From positions 6,907 through 70,906 of the forward strand of contig JAAWQC010000007.1 of the NCBI GenBank assembly GCA_022800315.1: a DNA stretch of 64,000 nucleotides. The letters run 5' to 3'. This document shows, in pieces, positions 38,016-45,053 of the stretch (position 1 is the stretch's first letter; each line of letters opens with the position of its first letter). The notes beneath the pieces were generated by a model. The model ran no database searches, was not told the DNA's origin, and worked only from the letters and a program-made list of their open reading frames with translations. The stretch is from Clostridiales bacterium (GTDB taxonomy: Bacteria > Bacillota > Clostridia > Oscillospirales > Acutalibacteraceae). A program made the translations under genes and the position numbers.

Positions 38016-38061
38016 TGGCGGTAAAATAATACTTGATTTTATGGCGGTAATAAATTATACT
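38016..38061 (+). promoter_or_regulatory. Promoter and direct-repeat operator of RHH gene 2
   Basis: TTGATT (38033-38038), 17 nt, TATACT (38056-38061). TGGCGGTAA repeats at 38016-38024 and 38042-38050, plus a degenerate TGGCAAGGA at 38070. Confidence 0.5.
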
Positions 38062-38090
38062 TAAATTGTTGGCAAGGAAAGGGGGGATAT

Positions 38091-38261
38091 ATGCCAGGAA
38101 AAAACCGAGGGCGCCCAACTACTGATAATCCAAAGAGTTTACGAGTCGATGTACGTCTTACCCCGGAAGAACTCAAAATGCTCGATGAGTACTGTCAGAG
38201 GAAGGGCGTGTCACGCCCGCAGGGCCTGCGTGATGGCATAAAAGCCCTCAATAAAAAATGA
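38091..38261 (+). CDS. Ribbon-helix-helix (CopG/MobC-like) DNA-binding protein, copy 2 (56 aa)
   Basis: Not in the track. MPGKNRGRPTTDNPKSLRVDVRLTPEELKMLDEYCQRKGVSRPQGLRDGIKALNKK. AAAGGGGGG RBS. Confidence 0.7.
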   Translation: MPGKNRGRPTTDNPKSLRVDVRLTPEELKMLDEYCQRKGVSRPQGLRDGIKALNKK

Positions 38262-38335
38262 AAGGAAAAGTGGTGCGTTGTTGGCAAACGTACTACACCA
38301 CTTTCCCCCACACAGCCGCCACAGGGGCAGACCGC
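38253..38335 (-). ncRNA. Candidate ~83-nt convergent small RNA (countertranscript) 2
   Basis: Same minus-strand hexamers: TTGCAG (38370-38365), 17 nt, TATACT (38347-38342). Hairpin of different sequence but the same geometry (GGGAAAGUGGUG / CACCACUUUUCC, 20-nt loop as in copy 1), then UUUCAUUUUUU over the RHH-2 stop. Confidence 0.4.
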
Positions 38336-38371
38336 ATAAATAGTATACACTGTGCGGCGGGTTCCTGCAAG
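38303..38371. repeat. 69-nt conserved block, copy B
   Basis: Identical to copy A except GA to AG at 38328-38329. Lies 450 bp downstream of copy A in the same orientation. Confidence 0.9.
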
Positions 38372-38408
38372 AGGTTGTGTGCTGTCAACACGAAAGGACG
38401 GAACCCGT

Positions 38409-38684
38409 ATGGAAAACATTTTGGAATTGTTCTACGACCAGCCCTGTGCGACAATACACGGGCAGGGCTCGACCTTCGTCAGACTGGCGCGGATTAAAAA
38501 GGAACAGCTGGATATGCTGAACGCTACCCTGTCCGACGAACAAAAGGAACGGCTGGAAGCCTACTTCGACGCCGAAACCGAGATAGAAGGCATGATCGGC
38601 TTCGACCGGTTCCGGTACGCCTTCCATCTGGGGGCCCAGCTGACGGCCGAGCTGGCGCGGGGAAAAGACCTGCTGTTGCGGTAA
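38409..38684 (+). CDS. Hypothetical 91-aa helical protein
   Basis: MENILELFYDQPCATIHGQG...FDRFRYAFHLGAQLTAELARG. Start at ATG 38409 behind an AAAGGACGGA RBS; the track start 38352 lies inside the conserved block. Confidence 0.55.
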   Translation: MENILELFYDQPCATIHGQGSTFVRLARIKKEQLDMLNATLSDEQKERLEAYFDAETEIEGMIGFDRFRYAFHLGAQLTAELARGKDLLLR

Positions 38685-38743
38685 CAGCCCCGCTGCCGCC
38701 TGATCCGGTGATAACGGCTGTTCCCGAAAAATTTACGGAAAGC

Positions 38744-38771
38744 TGTCACAGCCTGTCCTCCCCGCCGTCTA
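38744..38771 (+). promoter_or_regulatory. ECF-type promoter candidate upstream of the sigma factor gene
   Basis: TGTCAC (38744-38749), 16 nt, CGTCTA (38766-38771). Resembles Bacillus sigW/sigX/sigM-type promoters (TGxAAC-N16/17-CGTx). 22 nt before ATG 38793. Confidence 0.4.
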
Positions 38772-38792
38772 ATCCATCAGGAGGTGTCAACC

Positions 38793-39653
38793 ATGACGAC
38801 GATAGACAACGAAAAGGAAACGATTGAAAAGGCGGTGGCCGGCGACCGCCAGGCGCTGGAGGCCCTGCTGGGCGGGGTGCGGGACATGGTGTTCAACCTG
38901 TCCCTGCGCATGCTGGGCATGATCCCCGACGCGGAGGACGCCACGCAGGAAATCCTGATCAAGGTGATGACCCATCTCTCCTCCTTCCGTCAGGAGAGCC
39001 GCCTGTCCACCTGGGTATTCCGCATCGCGGCGAACCATCTGCGGGATTATCGGAAGGGGATGTTCGCCGCCCGTCCGCTGAGCTTCGAGGATTACGGGGA
39101 GGACATCGCCTCCGGCCGGGAAAAGGACGTGCCCGACATGAGCGGCGGCGTGGACCGCTCGCTGCTGGAGCAGGAGCTGAAGCTGTCCTGCACCAACGTC
39201 ATGCTGCAGTGCCTGGACCCCGAAAGCCGCTGCATCTACATCCTGGGCACCATGTTCCGTCTGAACAGCCGGATCGCGGCGGACATACTGGAAATGACCC
39301 CCGAGGCCTATCGTCAGAAGCTGTCCCGTGTGCGCAAAAAGATGGCGGCGTTTCTCGGCGAATACTGCGGACTAAGCGGCACCGGGACCTGTTCCTGCCG
39401 GCGCCGGGTGGACTACGCCATCGCCACCCGCCGCGTCGATCCGGCGAAACTGGGATTCCAGTCCCTGACCGCCTGCGGGTACGGCGACGTGGCGGGCTTT
39501 ACCGACGCGATGGAGGAACTGGACGAGCAGTCCCGGATCTTTGCGGAGTTCCCCGCCTACCGCTCCACCGAGAACCTGACCGAGTGGATGCGCAACCTGA
39601 TGGCCTCCCCGAGCTTTGCCGCCGTGACCGAAAGACAGGAGGCCGTGAGATGA
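38793..39653 (+). CDS. Sigma-70 family (ECF-like) RNA polymerase sigma factor with a ~95-aa Cys-containing C-terminal extension
   Basis: Region 2 (DAEDATQEILIKVMTHLSSFRQESRLSTWVFRIAANHLRDY) and region 4 (RCIYILGTMFRLNSRIAADILEMTPEAYRQKLSRVRKKM), then an extension with CGLSGTGTCSC. ATG 38793 lies 8 nt after GGAGG. Confidence 0.8.
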   Translation: MTTIDNEKETIEKAVAGDRQALEALLGGVRDMVFNLSLRMLGMIPDAEDATQEILIKVMTHLSSFRQESRLSTWVFRIAANHLRDYRKGMFAARPLSFEDYGEDIASGREKDVPDMSGGVDRSLLEQELKLSCTNVMLQCLDPESRCIYILGTMFRLNSRIAADILEMTPEAYRQKLSRVRKKMAAFLGEYCGLSGTGTCSCRRRVDYAIATRRVDPAKLGFQSLTACGYGDVAGFTDAMEELDEQSRIFAEFPAYRSTENLTEWMRNLMASPSFAAVTERQEAVR

Positions 39654-40339
39654 ACACCGCCGATATGCAGGGAATACTGGACTACCTTTCCTCCTTGGAA
39701 CAGAACAACAACCGGGAGTGGTTTCACGCCAACAAACCGCAGTACAGCGAGGCCGTCCGGTCGTTTGAAACCCTTGTCGGCGAGCTGATGGGGGCGCTGA
39801 GGGAACACGACGACAGCCTGCCGCTGACAGAGCCGAAGGAGCTGACCTTCAAGCTGATGCGGGACACCCGTTTCAGCCACGACAAATCCCCCTATAACCC
39901 CGCCTTCCGCGCCCACATTTCCTCAAAGGGCAAGCTGCCCATTCCGGTGGGCTATTTCCTGATGATTCAGCCGGGCGGGCGCTCCTTCCTCGGCGGCGGC
40001 CTGTTCGCGGACATGTTCCGTGAGGCCACCGTCCTGGTGCGGGACCATATCGCCGCCCATGGGGGCCGCTGGCAGCAAATCGTGGAGGACCCTGCCTTCA
40101 CCTCCCGTTTCACCGTGGGGGGAACGGCGCTGAAGAAGGTGCCGCAGGGCTACGACCCCGGTCATCCTCAGGCAGAATACCTGAAAAACAAGAGCTGGTA
40201 TATCGAGTATCCTCTCACCGACGCCCAGCTGCTGGACAAGGATTTTCTCCCCTTCGCGGTGGATACCTTCGTCGGGATGCAGCCCTTCAACGGCTTTTTG
40301 AACGAAGCGCTTCAGAGGTTCCAGATGCCGTCGCGATAA
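39650..40339 (+). CDS. DUF2461 (TIGR02453) family protein
   Basis: LEQNNNREWFHANKPQYSEAV..., FKLMRDTRFSHDKSPYNP..., GYFLMIQPGGRSFLGGGLF..., KKVPQGYDPGHPQAEYLKNKSW. ATGA overlap with the sigma stop. Confidence 0.85.
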   Translation: MNTADMQGILDYLSSLEQNNNREWFHANKPQYSEAVRSFETLVGELMGALREHDDSLPLTEPKELTFKLMRDTRFSHDKSPYNPAFRAHISSKGKLPIPVGYFLMIQPGGRSFLGGGLFADMFREATVLVRDHIAAHGGRWQQIVEDPAFTSRFTVGGTALKKVPQGYDPGHPQAEYLKNKSWYIEYPLTDAQLLDKDFLPFAVDTFVGMQPFNGFLNEALQRFQMPSR

Positions 40340-40371
40340 GGCACATTTTTTCGCCTCCCACTGCCGTAAAT

Positions 40372-40414
40372 AGCCGTCCGTCCCCACAACTTCGGGGACG
40401 GACGGCTTTCTTTC
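40372..40414 (+). terminator. Intrinsic terminator after the DUF2461 gene
   Basis: 14-bp stem AGCCGTCCGTCCCC / GGGGACGGACGGCT followed by TTCTTTCC. Confidence 0.75.
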
Positions 40415-40445
40415 CCCTTCCGTCGACAAAATATGGGCGATTCTC

Positions 40446-40475
40446 TTGCCAAACTCTGCCCGCATGCGTTATAGT
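40446..40475 (+). promoter_or_regulatory. Candidate promoter of the guaA paralogue
   Basis: TTGCCA (40446-40451), 18 nt, TATAGT (40470-40475). This would exclude the GTG at 40474 as a start codon. Confidence 0.35.
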
Positions 40476-40521
40476 GGAATCATACGTTAACAGTACTGGA
40501 GGAATCTTTCTGCAACAGGAT

Positions 40522-41808
40522 ATGATCGTCATCCTTGATCTGGGCAGCGAGCAGAATGCGCAGATCGCACGGGAGGTGCGCGCCCTCGGCGTGTATTCGG
40601 AAATCCATCCCCACGACATCACCGCTGACCAGCTGAAGGCACTGCCCGGCGTCCGCGGCATCATCCTCAACGGCGGCAAAAACCGCGTGGTGGACGGCGC
40701 GGCTATCGACGCGGGCGAGGCGGTTTATCAGAGCGGCCTGCCCCTGCTCACTGTGGAGCATACCGCCGGCAGCGATCTCGACCGGTGGCCCGCGGACGAC
40801 GCCGAGCGTAGGGATTGCCTCTCCCGTTTCGTGTTCGGGCGCTGCGGCGCCGCAGCCAATTGGAACATGAAGAATTTCATCGACGACCAGGTGGAGCTGA
40901 TACGCCGCCAGGTCGGGGAGCGCCAGGTCCTGCTGGCCCTGTCGGGCGGCGTGGATTCCTCGGTGGTGGCCGCCCTGCTCATCAAGGCCATCGGCAGCCA
41001 GCTCACCTGTGTCCACGTCAACCACGGCCTGCTGCGCCTCGGCGAGCCGGAGCAGGTGGTGGAGGTATTCCGGGAGCAGCTCCACGCCAACCTGATCTAT
41101 GTGGACGCCAGCAAGCGCTTTCTCGATAAGCTGGCGGGGGTAGCCGAACCGGAGAAGAAACGGAAAATCATCGGCACGGAATTTATCCGCGTGTTCGAGG
41201 AGGAGGCCCGCCGGCTGCAGGGCATCGACTTCCTCGCCCAAGGCACCATCTATCCCGATATCGTGGAGAGCGGCACCAAAACCGCCAAGGTGGTCAAATC
41301 CCATCACAACGTGGGCGGCCTGCCGGAGGATATGCAGTTCGAGCTGGTGGAACCGCTGAAAATGCTGTTCAAGGACGAGGTGCGCGCCTGCGGCGTCGAG
41401 CTGGGCCTGCCCGAGGGCATGGTATACCGGCAGCCCTTCCCCGGCCCCGGACTCGGCGTGCGCTGCCTGGGCGCCATCACGGCCGACCGGCTGGAGGCCG
41501 TCCGCCACTCCGACGCCATCCTGCGGGAGGAATTCGCCGCCGCCGGCCTCGACCGAACGGTGTGGCAGTATTTTACCGTCGTGCCCGACCTCAAGTCGGT
41601 GGGCGTGCGGGACAACGCCCGCTGCGTCGAATACCCGGTCATCCTGCGCGCGGTCAACACGGTGGACGCCATGACCGCCACGGTGGAGGACGTCCCGTTC
41701 CCCCTGTTGCAGAAAATTACCGCCCGTATCGTCAGCGAGGTGGCAGGGGTCAACCGTGTACTGTACGATCTGACACCCAAGCCCACCGCCACCATTGAGT
41801 GGGAATAA
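40522..41808 (+). CDS. GMP synthase paralogue: intact ATP-pyrophosphatase and dimerisation domains, truncated and degenerate glutaminase domain
   Basis: SGGVDSS P-loop and C-terminal ...TATIEWE are conserved (by eye ~60% identity to guaA over the synthetase part). The N-domain is ~110 aa, with GLPLLTVEHTAG in place of [12 protein letters not shown] and the His/Glu segment missing. Confidence 0.8.
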   Translation: MIVILDLGSEQNAQIAREVRALGVYSEIHPHDITADQLKALPGVRGIILNGGKNRVVDGAAIDAGEAVYQSGLPLLTVEHTAGSDLDRWPADDAERRDCLSRFVFGRCGAAANWNMKNFIDDQVELIRRQVGERQVLLALSGGVDSSVVAALLIKAIGSQLTCVHVNHGLLRLGEPEQVVEVFREQLHANLIYVDASKRFLDKLAGVAEPEKKRKIIGTEFIRVFEEEARRLQGIDFLAQGTIYPDIVESGTKTAKVVKSHHNVGGLPEDMQFELVEPLKMLFKDEVRACGVELGLPEGMVYRQPFPGPGLGVRCLGAITADRLEAVRHSDAILREEFAAAGLDRTVWQYFTVVPDLKSVGVRDNARCVEYPVILRAVNTVDAMTATVEDVPFPLLQKITARIVSEVAGVNRVLYDLTPKPTATIEWE

Positions 41809-41817
41809 AGGATACCC

Positions 41818-41859
41818 TCCCGGGAACCCGTCTGTTCGGCGGATTCCCGGGATTCTTTT
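41818..41859 (+). terminator. Intrinsic terminator of the guaA paralogue
   Basis: Stem TCCCGGGAA / TTCCCGGGA, extended by CCG/CGG, followed by TTCTTTT. Confidence 0.7.
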
Positions 41860-41927
41860 ATCCGTTTTGTCTGTAAAACGAGCAGGTACGCTGTGCTGTA
41901 CACAATCGCCGGATAATAAGCAGCTAT

Positions 41928-41969
41928 AGAGGAAGGCCGGAGCATGGTATCATGCCCCGGCCTTCCTCT
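41928..41969 (-). terminator. Terminator downstream of the XRE gene (minus strand)
   Basis: 13-bp stem AGAGGAAGGCCGG / CCGGCCTTCCTCT, located 19 nt after the stop of the 41988-42350 gene. Confidence 0.6.
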
Positions 41970-41987
41970 AATAAAATTGTTTCTGTA

Positions 41988-42350
41988 CTAACAAAAAATA
42001 TCCATGACGGCGCGCAGCTTGTGGAGATAATCCTCCAGCTTTTCTTCGGTGAGCTCTTCTTCCTCCTGCAAAAGGCCGTATTTGATGAATTTACGCCGCA
42101 GCATATCGTCCCCGTCCTTCCCCCCTGCGCTGTAACAAGAAAATAGCTGGTCGTTCCCCAGCAAATAATCGGTAGAAACGTGAAACATGGCGGCGATTTT
42201 CAGTTTGATGTCGTCACAGGGGACACGGCTGCCGTGCTCGTATTGGGACAGGGTGGTATTGCTGATATGCAGCCTGTCGGCCATTTCTTTTTGAGTAAGA
42301 CCCGCCTCTTCACGCAGCTGTCGGATTCTGTCGCCTATAATGGGAAACAC
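41988..42350 (-). CDS. XRE-family HTH transcriptional regulator
   Basis: IGDRIRQLREEAGLTQKEMADRLHISNTTLSQYEHGSRVPCDDIKLKIAAMFHVSTDYLLG. GTG start as in the ORF track. Confidence 0.8.
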   Translation of the reverse strand: MFPIIGDRIRQLREEAGLTQKEMADRLHISNTTLSQYEHGSRVPCDDIKLKIAAMFHVSTDYLLGNDQLFSCYSAGGKDGDDMLRRKFIKYGLLQEEEELTEEKLEDYLHKLRAVMDIFC

Positions 42351-42425
42351 CGCCTTACCACATCGGAATAGTCCCGCTTCTGTCTCTCAAATTATACCAT
42401 ATGCATTGAAAATAGCGTAAAACTT

Positions 42426-42475
42426 CACAATATGAGAAGCCAAGCTTGACTTTTCTCATATTGTGGAAATATAAT
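42426..42475 (+). promoter_or_regulatory. Promoter of the SGNH/MBOAT operon bracketed by a 13-bp perfect inverted repeat (candidate XRE operator)
   Basis: CACAATATGAGAA (42426-42438) and TTCTCATATTGTG (42453-42465) flank the -35 TTGACT (42446-42451). 18 nt further is TATAAT (42470-42475). Confidence 0.5.
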
Positions 42476-42555
42476 TGTGAGACAGTACTTGTGGCCGAAA
42501 CAGCGCGGAAAGCTTCACATAACAGAGGGCAGTTTGTGCCCGAGGAGGGTTTGTC

Positions 42556-43593
42556 TTGGACGAAAAAGAGCGGCCCCGGTTACTAACGGTGGTCATCTGG
42601 CTTATCAAAGCGCTGGCGGCGGGAGCGCTCGCCCTGATTCTGCTGTCGGTTGTGGTGACGGGGTACGAATTCACCGGCACCCACATCGACAATCCGGAAG
42701 GCTACACCGATTACAAGTGGAATCCCTATCAGTATAAAGGGACGATGACCGAGGGTTTCTCCTGGTTATCCATGGATCAGAACGGCTTCAACAACGGGTA
42801 TCCCGCCGCCGATGCGGTGGATATCCTGCTGATGGGCTCCTCCCACATGGAGGCGGTCAACATTCCCCCCGACAAAAACGTCGGCTATCTTCTCAACGAG
42901 CGGTTGGAAAAAGAAGCGGGCCTGTATACCTATAACATCGGCGTATCGGGTCACACCCTGTATCACTGCGCCAAAAATATGGAGGCGGCCGTCGATACCT
43001 ACCATCCCTCCGTCGTGGCGGTGGAGACCTCCACCGTGGAATTAGACACTACCGCAATGGAGAAGGTGCTCGCCGGCAGCTACCCCAAGCTGAAATCTTA
43101 TGACAGCGGACTGCTGTACCAGATACAGCGGATTCCCAGCATTAAATGGCTGTACAAGCAGGCGGGGGATCTGAGCTTTCCCGCCGCCGCATCCGCTGCC
43201 CCGCCCGCTCCCTCCTGGGATAAAGACCGGGTGGCGTACGCCGCGGCGCTGGACGGTCTGCTGGCGCAGATGAAGGCGGCGGCCGATCGCAGCGGCGCCG
43301 ACCTGATCCTTTTCTATCACCCCACCCTGCGGCTGAACGCCGACGGTTCCGCCTCCGTCGACACCCCCGCGGAAGCCCTTGCCCTGTTTGCCTCCCTGTG
43401 TGAAGAAAACGGAGTGGTTTTTCTCGACATGACGGCGGATTTCCTGGAGAATTACCGTTTGGCCCACACCCTCCCCCACGGTTTTTCCAATACCCCCGTG
43501 GGAACCGGCCATCTGAATGAAACCGGGCACGCGCTGGTCGCCGACCGCCTGTGCGGCGCCATCGCAGCGCTGAAAGGGCAGGTGAGCTCATGA
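42556..43593 (+). CDS. Membrane-anchored SGNH/GDSL-like protein, probable acetyl-transfer partner of the MBOAT (DltD/AlgX/PatB-like role)
   Basis: TTG start 7 nt after GGAGGG. One N-terminal TM, a block-I-like LLMGSSHME and a block-V-like GTGHLNETGH. ATGA overlap with the MBOAT gene. Confidence 0.6.
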   Translation: MDEKERPRLLTVVIWLIKALAAGALALILLSVVVTGYEFTGTHIDNPEGYTDYKWNPYQYKGTMTEGFSWLSMDQNGFNNGYPAADAVDILLMGSSHMEAVNIPPDKNVGYLLNERLEKEAGLYTYNIGVSGHTLYHCAKNMEAAVDTYHPSVVAVETSTVELDTTAMEKVLAGSYPKLKSYDSGLLYQIQRIPSIKWLYKQAGDLSFPAAASAAPPAPSWDKDRVAYAAALDGLLAQMKAAADRSGADLILFYHPTLRLNADGSASVDTPAEALALFASLCEENGVVFLDMTADFLENYRLAHTLPHGFSNTPVGTGHLNETGHALVADRLCGAIAALKGQVSS

Positions 43594-45053
43594 ATTTTTA
43601 CAGCCTGACCTTTGTCCTGTTTTTCGCCGCTGTGCTGCTGGTTCTGTGGCTGCTCAAAATACCGGCGCTGGACCGTCTGCTGCGCGGTAAGGCCCGCGGA
43701 GCGGGCCATCTGGTCCTGCTGCTGGCGAGTTATTGTTTCCTGTGGATGGCCGACGGTCTGCTTGCCTCCCTCCTGCTGCTTCTGAGCGTGATCACCTACC
43801 TCTGCGCCCGCGGCGCGGGAGGAAGCCGTCATCCCCTTTTTTGGACCCGGCTGGGCGTGATCGCCCCCCTGCTGATGCTGGCAGTCTTCAAGTATTTCAA
43901 CTTCTTCGCCGCCTCGTTCGAATCGGTTTTCGGCGGCCTGTCCAGCCTGCCCAGCCTGGTGCTGCCGGTAGGGATTTCCTTCTACACCTTCAGCGCCATC
44001 AGCTATGTGGTGGATGTCCATCGGAAGAAGTATGCCCCCTGCACCAGCTTCGTCCGTGTGGCGATGTTCCTTTCCTTCTTTCCCAAGCTGCTATCGGGCC
44101 CCATTGTCCGCGCCTCCGAATTTCTTCCCCAGCTGGAGGAGGATCGAACGGTCAGTCTGAAAAACCTGGAAACGGGCGTACAGATTTTCCTGTTCGGCCT
44201 GTTTAAAAAGGTGGTGCTGGCCGATCACTTATCGGTGTTTGTGGGCGACGTGTTCGGCGCGCCGGGCGCGTTCGGCTCACTGACGGTCATTCTTGCCGCC
44301 GTCTCCTATTCCCTTCAGATTTATCTGGATTTCTCCGGTTATTCCGATATGGCCATCGGCCTCGCCAAGTGTATGGGATACGACATCACCCGCAATTTCA
44401 ACCTGCCGTATCTGTCCCGCAACGTCACCGAATTCTGGAAGCGATGGCACATTTCCCTGTCCTCCTGGCTGCAGGATTATCTGTACATACCGCTGGGCGG
44501 CAATCGGAAAGGTCCCGTTCGCACCTATCTCAACCTGCTGATTACCATGCTGCTGGGCGGATTGTGGCACGGCGCCAGCTGGACCTTTGTGGTCTGGGGC
44601 GGTATTCAGGGGATCGGGCTATGCGCCCATAAGCTGTTCCTCCGCTGGCGCAAGGGCCGGCACTCCCGGCCCTCCCCGCTGACGACGGTATTGTCGGTAG
44701 CCGGCACCTTCCTGTTCGTCACCGTCAGCTGGGTATTCTTCCGCGCCCCGGACCTGAATACGGCCTTTGCCGTGCTGTCGCGCATGGTGATCTGGCAGGG
44801 CGGCGTGTCCCAGCTCTATTCCTGGTCTTTCGCCGCCATACTGTTGAGTGTCGGGGCCACCGTCGTCGCCTGCCGCCGAAGCCGCCGCCAGCCCGTCTAT
44901 GATAAAAGGACCGGGTGTTTGCAGATGAACGGTTTTTATCTCCTGTTTGATCTGACGAAGTTCTGGTCCCTCGTTCTCTTCTTTACCATTCTGGGCCTGA
45001 CCATCGGCCTCGCTTATACCGGCGCCAGCCCCTTTATTTACGGCAATTTTTAA
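43590..45053 (+). CDS. MBOAT family O-acyltransferase (AlgI/DltB/PatA-like)
   Basis: 487 aa, polytopic, with the conserved FWKRWHISLSSWLQDYLYIPLGGNR...LGGLWHGASW (catalytic His) motifs. Confidence 0.9.
   Translation: MNFYSLTFVLFFAAVLLVLWLLKIPALDRLLRGKARGAGHLVLLLASYCFLWMADGLLASLLLLLSVITYLCARGAGGSRHPLFWTRLGVIAPLLMLAVFKYFNFFAASFESVFGGLSSLPSLVLPVGISFYTFSAISYVVDVHRKKYAPCTSFVRVAMFLSFFPKLLSGPIVRASEFLPQLEEDRTVSLKNLETGVQIFLFGLFKKVVLADHLSVFVGDVFGAPGAFGSLTVILAAVSYSLQIYLDFSGYSDMAIGLAKCMGYDITRNFNLPYLSRNVTEFWKRWHISLSSWLQDYLYIPLGGNRKGPVRTYLNLLITMLLGGLWHGASWTFVVWGGIQGIGLCAHKLFLRWRKGRHSRPSPLTTVLSVAGTFLFVTVSWVFFRAPDLNTAFAVLSRMVIWQGGVSQLYSWSFAAILLSVGATVVACRRSRRQPVYDKRTGCLQMNGFYLLFDLTKFWSLVLFFTILGLTIGLAYTGASPFIYGNF

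Noticed and set aside
37957-38064. A 35-codon TTG ORF after repeat copy A as a truncated homologue of the 91-aa gene (GNIDRLFDN versus ENILELFYD).
   Set aside because: Similarity is only 4 of 8 residues over a short stretch and the offset from the conserved block differs. It overlaps the RHH-2 promoter. This is too weak to call, though it would fit a tandem-duplication origin of the two modules.
37853-38371. The two 69-nt direct repeats as a CRISPR array, or as tRNA-like or att sites.
   Set aside because: There are only two copies, 450 bp apart, with genes between them and no cas genes. No cloverleaf or T-loop (GGTTCGAAT-like) can be drawn. No recombinase gene is nearby.
37377-41808. The region between the two guaA copies as an integrated mobile element. 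The 3' end of guaA is, from memory, a known hotspot for Tn5801-type elements.
   Set aside because: There is no integrase, recombinase or transfer gene in or next to the islet. The shared CCACCATTGA(A/G)TGGGAAT at both guaA ends is fully explained by the conserved ...ATIEWE coding sequence. The sigma and DUF2461 genes have host-like GC. An old, decayed insertion cannot be excluded for the low-GC RHH part.
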